A stretch of 64,000 bases of DNA, taken from NCBI GenBank assembly GCA_033852035.1, contig JAWSVG010000003.1:4091-68090 (forward strand), in the 5' to 3' direction. A program made the translations under genes and the position numbers. The notes under the pieces were generated by a model. The model saw nothing but the letters and a program-made list of their open reading frames with translations. It made no database searches and was not told the DNA's origin. Numbering within the stretch: the first letter of the stretch is position 1; each line of letters opens with the position of its first letter. The stretch is from Desulfocapsaceae bacterium (GTDB lineage Bacteria; Desulfobacterota; Desulfobulbia; Desulfobulbales; Desulfocapsaceae). Shown piece after piece: positions 1-10,204 of the stretch.

Positions 1-2
1 TC

Positions 3-368
3 ACCATCCAACTACTCTCCTACGGCCATGCCAGAACCAAAAAGGCATTTATGGCCGCAGCAGTTACCCCAAGTGCTGAAATGGCCCTTGAAAACGCCGG
101 CATCAAAGTGGCTGATCTTGCCGCAGTCAAAACCCATAATCCCTTTGCTGTAAACGACGTCGTCATGGGTAAGCTCATGGGTATTGATAACGATATATTC
201 AACAACTACGGCAGCTCCCTTATTTTTGGTCACCCACAGGGACCAACGGGAATGCGCTGTATTGTTGAGCTCATAGAGGAGCTGGTAATAAAGGGCGGAG
301 GCTACGGCCTCTTTGCCGGATGTGCTGCAGGAGACACCGCCGCAGCTATGGTACTCAAGGTGAACTAA
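3..368 (+). CDS. Thiolase-family protein, 3' part only (truncated by the window edge)
   Basis: The frame is open from base 3. It contains HNPF, GHPQGPTG and a C-terminal GCAAGD motif, i.e. the thiolase catalytic His and second Cys region. Confidence 0.9.
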   Translation, partial: TIQLLSYGHARTKKAFMAAAVTPSAEMALENAGIKVADLAAVKTHNPFAVNDVVMGKLMGIDNDIFNNYGSSLIFGHPQGPTGMRCIVELIEELVIKGGGYGLFAGCAAGDTAAAMVLKVN

Positions 369-455
369 ACGACGAAAAAGCAAACCGGCACCACCACCAT
401 TTTTGTGAAAACTGTGCCGGTAAAATGTATTGAACTTTACGACAGGAGCAAGACG

Positions 456-2477
456 ATGCAAAGCAGCACTACGGTCTATCCTTCCCACATGAACCCGCAA
501 CTCATTGAAGCGGCTCGTTCACTACCGCAGGAAATGGCAGTTATCGGTGCGGGAACAATTGGTCCGGATATCGGATATTATCTAAAAAACGCACTGCCCG
601 ATCGAACCCTCTATGTAATCGATGTGGCTGAGGCCCCTCTCGAAAAAGCAAAGAAACGGTACGAAGGTTACGCGGAAAAAGCGGTTGCACGGAAAAAGAT
701 CACAAAAGAGCAGGCGGAAGCAGTTCTCGATAACATAATTTTCAGCACCGATTATAACGTTATCAAAAATTGTGGCATCGTAATTGAGGCAGCTACAGAA
801 AATCTAGATCTGAAAAAGAAGATATTCAAGCAGCTCGAATCCATCGTCAGCAAGGACGCGTACATCACCTCGAACACAAGCTCTATTCCTGCGGACCGTA
901 TTTTTTCCGAGATGAAACACCCAGAGCGCTCCACGGTCACCCACTTTTTTGCTCCCGCGTGGCGCAGCCCAGCGGTGGAAGTTGTGAACTGGCCTGGTGC
1001 AAACCGTGAGACCATTGACTACCTCTTCTGGTTCTTTGGTCAAACTGGAAAAACCCCGGTTATCACGGATAATGTGATCAGTTTTATGCTCAACCGGATC
1101 TTCGAGAACTGGTGCAACGAGGCCGCACATCTCCTTGACTTTGCAACTGCAGCCCAGATTAATGCCGTTTCTGAAGAGTTTGTCTACGCTGGTCCGTTTT
1201 TCGTCCTCAACATGGGGAACGGCAACCCGCTGATCCACGAAGCGAACACTCGTAAGATGGAGGAGGGTACGTGTTACAAACCTTCCGCGCTCTTCCGTTC
1301 TGTTAGAGGCTGGGAAGTACCACCTCCCCGCACAAAGGTTGACACCCCCGATGATGTCAAAGGTCATATACGTGACCGACTGCTCGGTCTTCTCTTTTCA
1401 CAGGCAGTAGACATTGCTGATCGAGGCATAGGCACCATGCAAGACCTCAACCTCGGCTGCCAGATAGCTCTCGGTTTCAAGGCGGGCCCTTACGACATTA
1501 TGCGTCAACTCGGCGAACAGGAAGTACAGCGTATCATGGACGCCTTTGAAAAAGAACGATCGGGTTTTCCACGCGCCAAACAGGCGTTGTCAGCCTACCA
1601 GAATTTCAACCGTTTCATCCTTGTTGATGAGATGGATGGTGTAAAAATCATCTCAATCCGCAGGCCTCAAGCGATGAATGCGCTGAACTCCGAAATGTTG
1701 CAGGAAATCTCTGCTGCAGTCAAGGAGTGCGAAGCGGATAATAAGGTGAGAGGTGTCGTTCTTACCGGTTACGGTCTTTCCGCCTTTTCAGCAGGCATGG
1801 ATATCGGCAGCTTTCCCAAAACCCTCGGGGACCATGATGCAGCGGTTAAGCTTGCCAAGGATCCATCCGAAGTTCTCTCCGTTATTGAAAAATGCACCAA
1901 ACCTGTTGTTGCCGCGGTAAACGGCATGGCACTCGGTGGTGGACTTGAGCTCCTGCTCCGTTGCCACAGCCTTGTTGCTGTAAAATCTGCATTTTTCCAG
2001 TTTCCTGAAATTACTCTTGGAATCCTACCGGGAATGGGCGGCTGTGTCCTGCCATATCGCAGATGGCCTGCCGGCGCCGCACTGTACAACGAGATGATCT
2101 GTACAGCCAAGAAAGCAACAGCAGCCATGCTCGCTGAATTCGGCGTGATCACAAAGATCGTTGACAACTATCCCGATCTGATCAAAGCAGCCGTCGCCGA
2201 AGTAGATAAGCTGCAAAACAACCTGCCCACCATACCAGATGGGCCTGTACATATGGATGCGTGCATTCCACCCGAAAAGCCGATGGCAGGCAAACTCGCA
2301 CTGAGCACCGAATCTACCGCTATCGCGATAAAGACCATTACAGACGCAGCAGCGGCAGCAACTCTTGCTGAGGCCATGGGAATCAACTTCCAGGGCGCAG
2401 GTGAAATCTCCTGTACCGCAAGTGCAAAAGAAGGTGTCAGCGCCTTTCTTGAAAAGCGCAAACCGGAGTTTGTGTAA
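456..2477 (+). CDS. Bifunctional 3-hydroxyacyl-CoA dehydrogenase (N-terminal) / enoyl-CoA hydratase (C-terminal)
   Basis: GAGTIG Rossmann motif, IEAATE, NTSS and the THFF..E catalytic pair, followed by a crotonase domain with GGGLE and PE. AGGAG lies 7 nt before ATG 456 (the track start is 405). Confidence 0.9.
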   Translation: MQSSTTVYPSHMNPQLIEAARSLPQEMAVIGAGTIGPDIGYYLKNALPDRTLYVIDVAEAPLEKAKKRYEGYAEKAVARKKITKEQAEAVLDNIIFSTDYNVIKNCGIVIEAATENLDLKKKIFKQLESIVSKDAYITSNTSSIPADRIFSEMKHPERSTVTHFFAPAWRSPAVEVVNWPGANRETIDYLFWFFGQTGKTPVITDNVISFMLNRIFENWCNEAAHLLDFATAAQINAVSEEFVYAGPFFVLNMGNGNPLIHEANTRKMEEGTCYKPSALFRSVRGWEVPPPRTKVDTPDDVKGHIRDRLLGLLFSQAVDIADRGIGTMQDLNLGCQIALGFKAGPYDIMRQLGEQEVQRIMDAFEKERSGFPRAKQALSAYQNFNRFILVDEMDGVKIISIRRPQAMNALNSEMLQEISAAVKECEADNKVRGVVLTGYGLSAFSAGMDIGSFPKTLGDHDAAVKLAKDPSEVLSVIEKCTKPVVAAVNGMALGGGLELLLRCHSLVAVKSAFFQFPEITLGILPGMGGCVLPYRRWPAGAALYNEMICTAKKATAAMLAEFGVITKIVDNYPDLIKAAVAEVDKLQNNLPTIPDGPVHMDACIPPEKPMAGKLALSTESTAIAIKTITDAAAAATLAEAMGINFQGAGEISCTASAKEGVSAFLEKRKPEFV

Positions 2478-2724
2478 AACTGTTTTTCTATCCAGCACCA
2501 ATGCTGTGGCGGTTATCCTTTTGACCCAAGCCATTGTTCTCCTATCTTGTGCAACAAAAGGATAGCTGTCCCGGCAGCTGGACAGAACCAACCACGTAGG
2601 TGGATGCATATTACACAAAAGCAGTATTTAGTTTTCGCCTGAAAACTAAATAACGAAACATCACGACAAGAAGCACAAATATTTCATTTCAGCGTTCACA
2701 ACCTTAATCAGGAGGAATACCCTA

Positions 2725-3744
2725 ATGAAAAGACTTCACGACTGGCTAGGATCAGGTCCCGGATCATCTGTATTGCAATTTGCTTTTATCGTTGCTGTGT
2801 TGACATTGTTCTGTTTCCCCAACCCATCAGTATCCGGTGAAAAAAAATACACACTCAAGGCAATAACCGCATTTCCTAAAAACCACGCTGTTTTTGTCTC
2901 CCTCCCCGAATTCATCAAGCGAGTCAAAGAAAAGTCAGGAGGCAGGCTGGAGATCAAATGGATCGGAGGCCCTGAAATCGTCAAAGGCTTTGATCAAGGC
3001 GAAGCACTTCGATCCGGGATGATTGACATGTTGCTCTACATTCCAACCTCCTGGTTAAAGTCTGTTCTTCCCATCGTTGATGCAAAAGGACTATCACAGT
3101 ACACAGCACCAGAAGAAAGAGAAAATGGAGCCTTTGCATTCTGGCAGGACACGTTCCGTTCCGTCAATATCAAGCATCTCGGGTTCTGGTCAACCAGTCT
3201 CAAGTTCCAGCTCTATACCATTGACAAGATAACAACTCTTGATGATCTGAAAGGTAAAACAATCCGCGTAATGCCTCTGTACCTACCTTTCATCAAGGCC
3301 CTTGGTGCAAGCCCCATTACCATGGCACCGTCTGATCTGTATACAGCCCTGCAGCGTAAGGTTGTAGACGGTTACATCTGGCTCGAATTTGGTTCTGTTA
3401 CTTCTGGCTGGAATGAGGTTGTCAACTACATGACCACGCCAACCATCTTCAGAGGTGAGGCCACGGCTGCTGTCAATCTTGATACATTCAACAAACTACC
3501 CAAAGATCTTCAGGACATCCTCACCGAGACCATGGCAGAAATGGAGATCTATGATAACGAGCAGATGGACAGAATGGTCAAGGAAGAAAAAGAGGCCATG
3601 CTCAAAGGGGGTATGGAAGTTGTTGAACTCCCAGAAGAGGACGCCAAAAAAATTACAACCATGGCCCAGGCTATCACCTGGCAGACAATCATCGACAAAA
3701 ACCCTGATCTGGGTCCCAAATTTCGTACAATGACAACGAAATAG
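2725..3744 (+). CDS. dctP: TRAP transporter substrate-binding protein
   Basis: N-terminal hydrophobic segment, DLKGKTIRV and LYTALQRKVVDG motifs; followed by dctQ and dctM. Confidence 0.92.
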   Translation: MKRLHDWLGSGPGSSVLQFAFIVAVLTLFCFPNPSVSGEKKYTLKAITAFPKNHAVFVSLPEFIKRVKEKSGGRLEIKWIGGPEIVKGFDQGEALRSGMIDMLLYIPTSWLKSVLPIVDAKGLSQYTAPEERENGAFAFWQDTFRSVNIKHLGFWSTSLKFQLYTIDKITTLDDLKGKTIRVMPLYLPFIKALGASPITMAPSDLYTALQRKVVDGYIWLEFGSVTSGWNEVVNYMTTPTIFRGEATAAVNLDTFNKLPKDLQDILTETMAEMEIYDNEQMDRMVKEEKEAMLKGGMEVVELPEEDAKKITTMAQAITWQTIIDKNPDLGPKFRTMTTK

Positions 3745-3756
3745 GCCGACGAGACA

Positions 3757-3783
3757 CCTCACCGTCGAATGCGTCCGGTGAGG
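3757..3783 (+). other. Stem-loop between dctP and dctQ (possible mRNA-stabilising hairpin)
   Basis: CCTCACCG...CGGTGAGG 8-bp inverted repeat in the intergenic gap. Confidence 0.45.
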
Positions 3784-3812
3784 CTGATGGTAAAATATAC
3801 AAGGTAAGCCAG

Positions 3813-4349
3813 ATGAAACAACAAGGTATAGCGGGCCGTATTTTCGATAAGATGCTGGATGTCATGGCCTTTATCGCAGGCATTTTTTCCTTAACCATCA
3901 TGGTGCTGATCTGTTACCTCGTGGTCATGCGCTATCTTTTTGAAAATCCCCCCGCATGGGTTCTGGAAGTTTGTGAATATTTGCTTATTTACATCACCTT
4001 TCTCAGTTCTGCCTGGCTACTGAGGAAAAACGGTCATGTCCGGGTAGATATTCTCCTTACCTGGCTTCCAACTGTTGCTAAAAGTGCACTACTGACTATC
4101 ACCTCTTTTCTTGGGTGCTTGTCCTGCTGCGCTATCGCCTGGTTCAGCCTGCTGGTGACGATGGATAAGTTTACACGCCACATCCTCACTATCCAGACAC
4201 TCAGGATTCCTGAATGGTCTCTGTTTCTTATTATCCCGATAGGTTCTCTGTTTTTGCTGCTGGAATTTTTACGGCAAACCTTTGCAGCTTTTCAAACACT
4301 CAACGAAAAAAGAAACACCAGAGCCCCCCTTACAAAAGGAGGAGTATAG
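3813..4349 (+). CDS. dctQ: TRAP transporter small permease
   Basis: Four predicted TM segments and the GHVRVD motif. Confidence 0.92.
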   Translation: MKQQGIAGRIFDKMLDVMAFIAGIFSLTIMVLICYLVVMRYLFENPPAWVLEVCEYLLIYITFLSSAWLLRKNGHVRVDILLTWLPTVAKSALLTITSFLGCLSCCAIAWFSLLVTMDKFTRHILTIQTLRIPEWSLFLIIPIGSLFLLLEFLRQTFAAFQTLNEKRNTRAPLTKGGV

Positions 4350-4352
4350 TCA

Positions 4353-5666
4353 ATGGAATGGTATGTTGTTTTATTTTTAATCCTTGGTGGCTTAATCGTC
4401 GTTCTTTCAAGCGGCCTGCCGGTAGCTTTTTGCTTTATGATTCTCAACATCATAGGCAGTTACATTCTCTGGGGTGGAACTACCGGTATCAGTCAGCTTA
4501 TTCACAGTATTTACAGCTCCGTCACAAGCTTCACCCTACTTCCTGTGCTCATGTTTATACTCATGGGAGAGACCTTGTTCCACTCAGGCCTTGCCTTTAA
4601 CGCTGTGAAGGTTGTGGACAAATGGCTGGGAGGTATTCCGGGAAGACTCTGTCTTGTAACCATTGGAGCGGGAACTCTCTTTTCCAGTCTCAGCGGATCC
4701 AGTATGGGTACAACCGCAATGTTGGGCACTACAATGCTCCCAGAGATGAAGCGGAACGGTTACAGTTATTCCATTGCTATTGGTTCGTGTATGAGCGGCG
4801 GCCTGGCCATGATCATTCCACCAAGCGCACTTGCGGTTGTTCTCGCCTCAATCTGTCAGATTTCTGTGGGTAAACTCCTTGTAGGCGGTATTATACCAGG
4901 ACTTGTTCTTGCATGCATGTACGGCGTGTATATTGTCGGACGTTGCTTTATCAACCCGTCACTTGCTCCGCGGCAAGAACAAAAAGAAGCTGGAGAAAGC
5001 CTCAAAGAAAAACTCGTTTTCACCATGCAGAATTTTCTCCCCCTGGCTATTATCATCTTTGTAGTTATCGGTCTGATATTTTTAGGAATTGCAACACCGA
5101 CGGAATCGTCCGCCATGGGTGCGCTGGCTTCACTCTGCATTGCAGCTGTTTCTGGCAAGATGAATAAGGATTTTATCTATGATACCATTTCCGGGACGCT
5201 CAGCATCGTTTCGATGATGTTTATGATTCTCACAGGTTCCCTTGCTTTCAGCCAGATACTTGCATACAGCGGTGCAACTGCCGGTTTGGTTGAGGTCACC
5301 ACCGCACTCACTATTTCACCGATACTTGTCCTGCTGCTGATGCAGCTCGTTATTCTTGTACTGGGGACTTTTATGGAACCCGTAGCGATAATGATGATCA
5401 GCATGCCTATCTTCATCCCGGTTGTAAAAGACCTTGGCTTCAGCGAGATCTGGTTTGCCCTAATCACCCTTATCAGCATGGAAATCTCAATGAAAACACC
5501 GCCTTTTGGTTTTCTCCTTTTTGTCATGAAAGCCATTGTGCCCCCTGACGTGAAGATGACACAGATTTACAAGGCGACACTGCCTTTTATAGCGATTGAT
5601 GTGCTGGGTATCTTTTTGCTCATACTTTTTCCAGCAATCGCATTATGGTTACCAAGTTTTATGTAA
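4353..5666 (+). CDS. dctM: TRAP transporter large permease
   Basis: SGSS, IIPPS, PTE and KTPPFG motifs; highly hydrophobic 437-aa protein. Confidence 0.93.
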   Translation: MEWYVVLFLILGGLIVVLSSGLPVAFCFMILNIIGSYILWGGTTGISQLIHSIYSSVTSFTLLPVLMFILMGETLFHSGLAFNAVKVVDKWLGGIPGRLCLVTIGAGTLFSSLSGSSMGTTAMLGTTMLPEMKRNGYSYSIAIGSCMSGGLAMIIPPSALAVVLASICQISVGKLLVGGIIPGLVLACMYGVYIVGRCFINPSLAPRQEQKEAGESLKEKLVFTMQNFLPLAIIIFVVIGLIFLGIATPTESSAMGALASLCIAAVSGKMNKDFIYDTISGTLSIVSMMFMILTGSLAFSQILAYSGATAGLVEVTTALTISPILVLLLMQLVILVLGTFMEPVAIMMISMPIFIPVVKDLGFSEIWFALITLISMEISMKTPPFGFLLFVMKAIVPPDVKMTQIYKATLPFIAIDVLGIFLLILFPAIALWLPSFM

Positions 5667-5728
5667 AACACTGTCAAAGTCTAGTTCACTGTCATAATTG
5701 ACCACATAGAGTAACGGAGACTGTTTGT

Positions 5729-7234
5729 ATGCGAGTTGACAAAGTACTAACGAAAAGAGCATTGATTACTCCCCATCGTCGTGCTTTGATTTACAGAGAC
5801 CAGGAATTTACGTACCTCGATCTTGAGCAGAGAACAAACCGTTTATCCCAGGCCTTGCTTAGCAGGGATGTTAAAAAGGGAGACCGAATCGCCCTGCTCA
5901 TGCACAACACCAATCAGTTCGTTGAAGTTTTTTTTGCATGTGCTCGGATTGGCGCAATTGTGGTACCACTCAATGTACGGCTCATGCCACCTGAACTTGA
6001 TTATATAATAAAAGACTGTGAAGTAACAGTGCTGATCTATGGTCACGATTTTGCAGAAACTGTCATCAAGTTTGAAACCTTCGCTCGCCTTTCGTTCACT
6101 GTTTGCACAGCAAAACAACCTGGCACCGCCTATCTTTCCTACGAAGAGTTCATTGATGAGCAGACACCTGAAAACCCCGGTATCGCCGTAAGCGAGGATG
6201 ACCTCATGGCCATCATGTACACCTCCGGTACCACCGGGCACCCCAAAGGGGCCATGCTCAGCCACGGCAACGTGTACAGTGCAGCAATAAATCTGCTGAT
6301 TGGAATAGACTACACATATCCAGACACCTCCCTTATCATAGTGCCTCTCTTTCACAGTGGCGGCAACACTCCGCTGGTCGGCCAATTTATCAGAGGAATC
6401 ACCACCGTCCTCATGCATAAATTTGACCCGCTTGAAACCCTGCAACTCATCGAGCGATACGAGGTCAAAATGATCATGGGCGTCAGCTCAATCATGACCA
6501 TGCTGCTCGCGGTTCCAGGGGCAGAAAACTTCAAGATGGAAAGCTGGGAGACGGCCCTGTTGCCAGGATCACCCCTGTCCCATTCGCTCATCAAGCAGGT
6601 CCGTAAAAAATTTGGCGTACTCTGCCAGAACCTCTGGGGCATGACTGAGCTGAGCGGCCCAGGATCACTTATGAATATTGAAGACATTCTGGAAAAGCCC
6701 GAATGTGCAGGGGTGCCATACTTTGAGGTAGACATCCGCGTGGTCGATGTGTACGGCAACGATCAGCCACCAGGAGAGCCGGGAGAAATAATCGCAAGGG
6801 GCCCCAACATTATGCAGGGCTATTGGAAGCAAGAGCAAGCCACCGCGGAGACCCTGGTCGATGGCTGGCTCTATTCCGGAGATATCGGGTACTTCGATGA
6901 AGAGAATTACCTTTATATCATTGATCGCAAAAAGGACATGATCCTCTCCGGTGGTGAAAATGTTTATCCAATGGAAATTGAAACCGTTATAGGTGATATA
7001 CCCGGCATCGCCGAATCATCCGTAATCGGTATCCGCGACGACAAATGGGGTGAGGTGCCCAAGGCCTTCATTGTGCCAATACCTGGCAATGAATTGCAGG
7101 CTCAGGATATCCTGGATTACTGCAGGACCAGGCTCGCTGGATACAAGGTCCCCAGGCACATACAAATAATCGACGAACTCCCGAGAAACGCTTCAGGCAA
7201 GGTGCTGAAAAAATTACTGCGAAATTACACCTAG
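5729..7234 (+). CDS. AMP-forming acyl-CoA synthetase (FadD/MenE-like)
   Basis: YTSGTTGHPKG, WGMTE, GDIG, SGGENVYP and PRNASGK adenylate-forming motifs. Confidence 0.92.
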   Translation: MRVDKVLTKRALITPHRRALIYRDQEFTYLDLEQRTNRLSQALLSRDVKKGDRIALLMHNTNQFVEVFFACARIGAIVVPLNVRLMPPELDYIIKDCEVTVLIYGHDFAETVIKFETFARLSFTVCTAKQPGTAYLSYEEFIDEQTPENPGIAVSEDDLMAIMYTSGTTGHPKGAMLSHGNVYSAAINLLIGIDYTYPDTSLIIVPLFHSGGNTPLVGQFIRGITTVLMHKFDPLETLQLIERYEVKMIMGVSSIMTMLLAVPGAENFKMESWETALLPGSPLSHSLIKQVRKKFGVLCQNLWGMTELSGPGSLMNIEDILEKPECAGVPYFEVDIRVVDVYGNDQPPGEPGEIIARGPNIMQGYWKQEQATAETLVDGWLYSGDIGYFDEENYLYIIDRKKDMILSGGENVYPMEIETVIGDIPGIAESSVIGIRDDKWGEVPKAFIVPIPGNELQAQDILDYCRTRLAGYKVPRHIQIIDELPRNASGKVLKKLLRNYT

Positions 7235-7236
7235 AA

Positions 7237-7356
7237 CCTAATTATTGCAATTGTCAAGTTCGGAGTCTTCGCTACCTACCGGAGCTGCCGGAGAATAATA
7301 CTCCCGAGCTTCGGTAACAATACAAATTCGGTGAAATCGGCAATGCTGAAGGGTAG
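7237..7356. repeat. Structured intergenic repeat, family B, copy 1
   Basis: Shares CCTAAxTxTTGCAATTG, CTACCGGAG, AGCTTCGGTAACAA, ATTCGGTG and GAAGGG blocks with 49768-49890; internal ACCGGAGCT/AGCTTCGGT inverted repeat. Confidence 0.75.
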
Positions 7357-7443
7357 CGATGCACACAACATCTCTGTTTTGCAAGCATCCACTCCCTTAC
7401 AAACACCATAATCTACTGAACACCTCTTAAGAGGAGAATTATT

Positions 7444-9195
7444 ATGATCAATTTACCCCAAGGTGGCTCTTTTTTGCTTGGCACCACCGACTTCAATGAC
7501 ATCTTTACCCCCGAAGACTTTAACGACGAGCACCGAATGGTAGCGGACAGTATGACTTCTTTTCTTGATGAGAATGTGTTCGCGGTAATGGATGATCTTG
7601 AAAAGAAAAAAGAGGGTCTCATGCGTGAGCTTTTGGTTAAAGCTGGAGAATACGGCTTTCTTGGCATGGACATTCCTGAAAAATATGACGGTACGGAAAC
7701 AGACGAAATCTGCTCCACCATCATTGCTGAAAAGGTTGGCGCAACAGGATCTTTTGCCATCTCCCATGGTGGCCAGACCGGAATCGGCAACCTGCCTATC
7801 GTCTATTTTGGAAATGAAGAGCAGAAACAAAAATATCTGCCGTCCATAGTTTCTGCTGAAAAGATTACGGCCTACGCCCTGACGGAACCTGGTTCCGGGT
7901 CAGATGCCATGTCCGCGTCCACCAAGGCTGTTCTCAATAAAGAAACCACTCACTACATACTCAACGGCAGTAAAACTTTTATATCAAATGCAGGAATAGC
8001 TGATATTTTTATCGTTTACGCAAAAATAGACGGCGAAAAATTCAGCGCATTCATCGTCGACGCACACAGCCAAGGTCTCACCACAGGGGCGGAAGAAAAC
8101 AAGATGGGCCTCAAAGGCTCTTCCACCCGTTCTGTTTTCTTTGACAATGTTGCCGTACCCGTTGCAAACCTACTCTACGAAGAAGGTAAAGGGCACGTAG
8201 TGGCGTTCAACATTCTTAATGTTGGACGCCACAAGGTTGCCGCTAATGGACTTGGCGCCGCCAAATACGCACTCGACCTCGCCACTCAGTATGCCAACGA
8301 GCGCAAACAGTTCAAAGTGCCCATTGCCCAATTTGGCCTTATGAAGGAAAAACTTGGCGAGATGGCAAGCAGGATTTACGCGGCAGAAAGTGCCATCTAT
8401 CGCACCGGCGGTCTACTTGAAAACTCCCTGGAAAATATTGACCGTACCGGGGTCGATGGGGGGCAGCTGACAGCCAGGGCCATCGAGGAATACGCAATGG
8501 AGTGTTCCCTGGAAAAGATTTTCGCCAGTGAGGTTGAAGGCTATGTGGTGGATGAAGGAGTACAAATCCACGGAGGCTACGGTTTCATTGCTGAATACCC
8601 AATCGAACGATTGTACCGGGACGCACGTATCAGAAGGATTTTTGAGGGTACAAACGAGATAAACAGAATCATCATTCCGACCACCCTGCTCCGCCGGGCG
8701 AAGAAGGAATCAATACCGCTTTGGCAGGCGATAAGCGAGACACACAGCAAAGCGAAAACGGAGCAGCCCATGCGAGAAATCCCGGAAGACATCGTCCAGG
8801 CGGCAAAGGACGTTTTTCTCTTCACTTTTGGACTCGCCCATGAAAAATATGGCGCTGATTTCATGAAACAGCAGGAAATTCTCGGCCGCATTGCTGATAT
8901 GGCTGGCCTTATCTACGTAATGGAAAGTTCCTTACTGCGCGCCCGAAAGGCAGCGGCGAAAAATAGCCAGAACGTTCAGTTGAAAACTGATATGGCAACT
9001 GTTTTCATCTATAGCGCAATTGAGAAAATCTCACTGGCGGCAAAAGAGATATTGCTCAACCTGAATAGTGGCGATGGAGCAGCAGAGATGCTTACCTCGC
9101 TGAAAAATCTCCTGCAGTACAACGCAGTAGATATCATCACAACGAGAGCTAAAATAGCTGAAGCTATATCAGCTGCGGGAAAATATATCTCTTAA
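7444..9195 (+). CDS. Acyl-CoA dehydrogenase (long FadE type)
   Basis: YALTEPGSGSDA, NGSKTFISN, KMGLKGSST, QIHGGYG and IFEGTNEI motifs. Confidence 0.93.
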   Translation: MINLPQGGSFLLGTTDFNDIFTPEDFNDEHRMVADSMTSFLDENVFAVMDDLEKKKEGLMRELLVKAGEYGFLGMDIPEKYDGTETDEICSTIIAEKVGATGSFAISHGGQTGIGNLPIVYFGNEEQKQKYLPSIVSAEKITAYALTEPGSGSDAMSASTKAVLNKETTHYILNGSKTFISNAGIADIFIVYAKIDGEKFSAFIVDAHSQGLTTGAEENKMGLKGSSTRSVFFDNVAVPVANLLYEEGKGHVVAFNILNVGRHKVAANGLGAAKYALDLATQYANERKQFKVPIAQFGLMKEKLGEMASRIYAAESAIYRTGGLLENSLENIDRTGVDGGQLTARAIEEYAMECSLEKIFASEVEGYVVDEGVQIHGGYGFIAEYPIERLYRDARIRRIFEGTNEINRIIIPTTLLRRAKKESIPLWQAISETHSKAKTEQPMREIPEDIVQAAKDVFLFTFGLAHEKYGADFMKQQEILGRIADMAGLIYVMESSLLRARKAAAKNSQNVQLKTDMATVFIYSAIEKISLAAKEILLNLNSGDGAAEMLTSLKNLLQYNAVDIITTRAKIAEAISAAGKYIS

Positions 9196-9237
9196 GCAAT
9201 CCGTTTGATAAAGATCAACCCAGAGATGGAGTGAGTC

Positions 9238-10158
9238 ATGCAACAGTCGCAGATGTACTATGCCGAACCAATTTACAGACCACCAAGTGAACACTCCTCT
9301 CTGTTGATTCAGGCAACCACTGGCTGCTCTGCAGCAGCGGCCGGCAGATGCCATTTTTGCAACTCTAACATCTTCAAAAAACTCTACCCAGAAAAACGTT
9401 TTAGGATTCGGGCCACAGAAGATATTCTTGGAGACATCGCCATTGCCAGAGACCAATATGGCTCCATGGTACAGAAAATTTTTCTTCTCGACTCCAATGC
9501 AATGGTAATGAAAACAGCGGAGCTGCTCAAGGTTACAGAGAAGTGTTATGAACTCTTTCCTCAACTGAAGCAGGTAGCCTGCTACGCCTGCGCTGAAGAT
9601 ATTCTCCGAAAAAGCCCGGTAGAGCTGGGCGAGTTGTATCAGGCTGGCCTCAATCTTGTTTTCCTGGGCCTCGAAAGCGGCGATCAACAGGTGCTTGATC
9701 TTATCAATAAGGGAATCACCGTTGAAAAACAGGTTGAAGCAGTGGTGAAGGCCAAAGCTGCCGGTATGCGTACTTCAGTCTCTGTTATTTTGGGTCTTGG
9801 AGGTCAAAAACTCTCCAGGCAACATGGTGTTAAAACCGGGCAGATCATTGGCTCAATAAACCCGGATTATTTGGCGGCATTGACTCTGGCCATCGATAAA
9901 GGCACAGTGCTCGACGAGATGGTAAAGGAAAAGAAATTTGATCCAATTACCAACCCGGTGGACTACCTGCATGAACTGCAGCTGATGATTGAAAATATTA
10001 ATGTTGAAGGGCCTCTGGTCTTCAGGTCCAACCACGCTTCAAATTATCTCGCCCTCAAAGGAAATATTCCAGAAAACAAAAAAAAGATGCTCAATGCGAT
10101 AGCAGATCTCATGTCCCATCCCGAGAAGATGCAACCAAGACCTTATCTTGGACACTGA
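9238..10158 (+). CDS. Radical SAM protein of unknown function (Cx7Cx2C cluster motif)
   Basis: LLIQATTGCSAAAAGRCHFC, GLESGD and FRSNHASNYL motifs of the short radical-SAM family common in anaerobes. Confidence 0.85.
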   Translation: MQQSQMYYAEPIYRPPSEHSSLLIQATTGCSAAAAGRCHFCNSNIFKKLYPEKRFRIRATEDILGDIAIARDQYGSMVQKIFLLDSNAMVMKTAELLKVTEKCYELFPQLKQVACYACAEDILRKSPVELGELYQAGLNLVFLGLESGDQQVLDLINKGITVEKQVEAVVKAKAAGMRTSVSVILGLGGQKLSRQHGVKTGQIIGSINPDYLAALTLAIDKGTVLDEMVKEKKFDPITNPVDYLHELQLMIENINVEGPLVFRSNHASNYLALKGNIPENKKKMLNAIADLMSHPEKMQPRPYLGH

Positions 10159-10204
10159 GATTATATCCAACGTGATAGAATAGAAAAGGTTCCAGAAGAC
10201 AGTC

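Noticed and set aside
2478-2724. Sigma54 (-24/-12) promoters for the catabolic operons
   Set aside because: No convincing TGGCAC-N5-TTGC match was found by eye here or in the other intergenic regions inspected.
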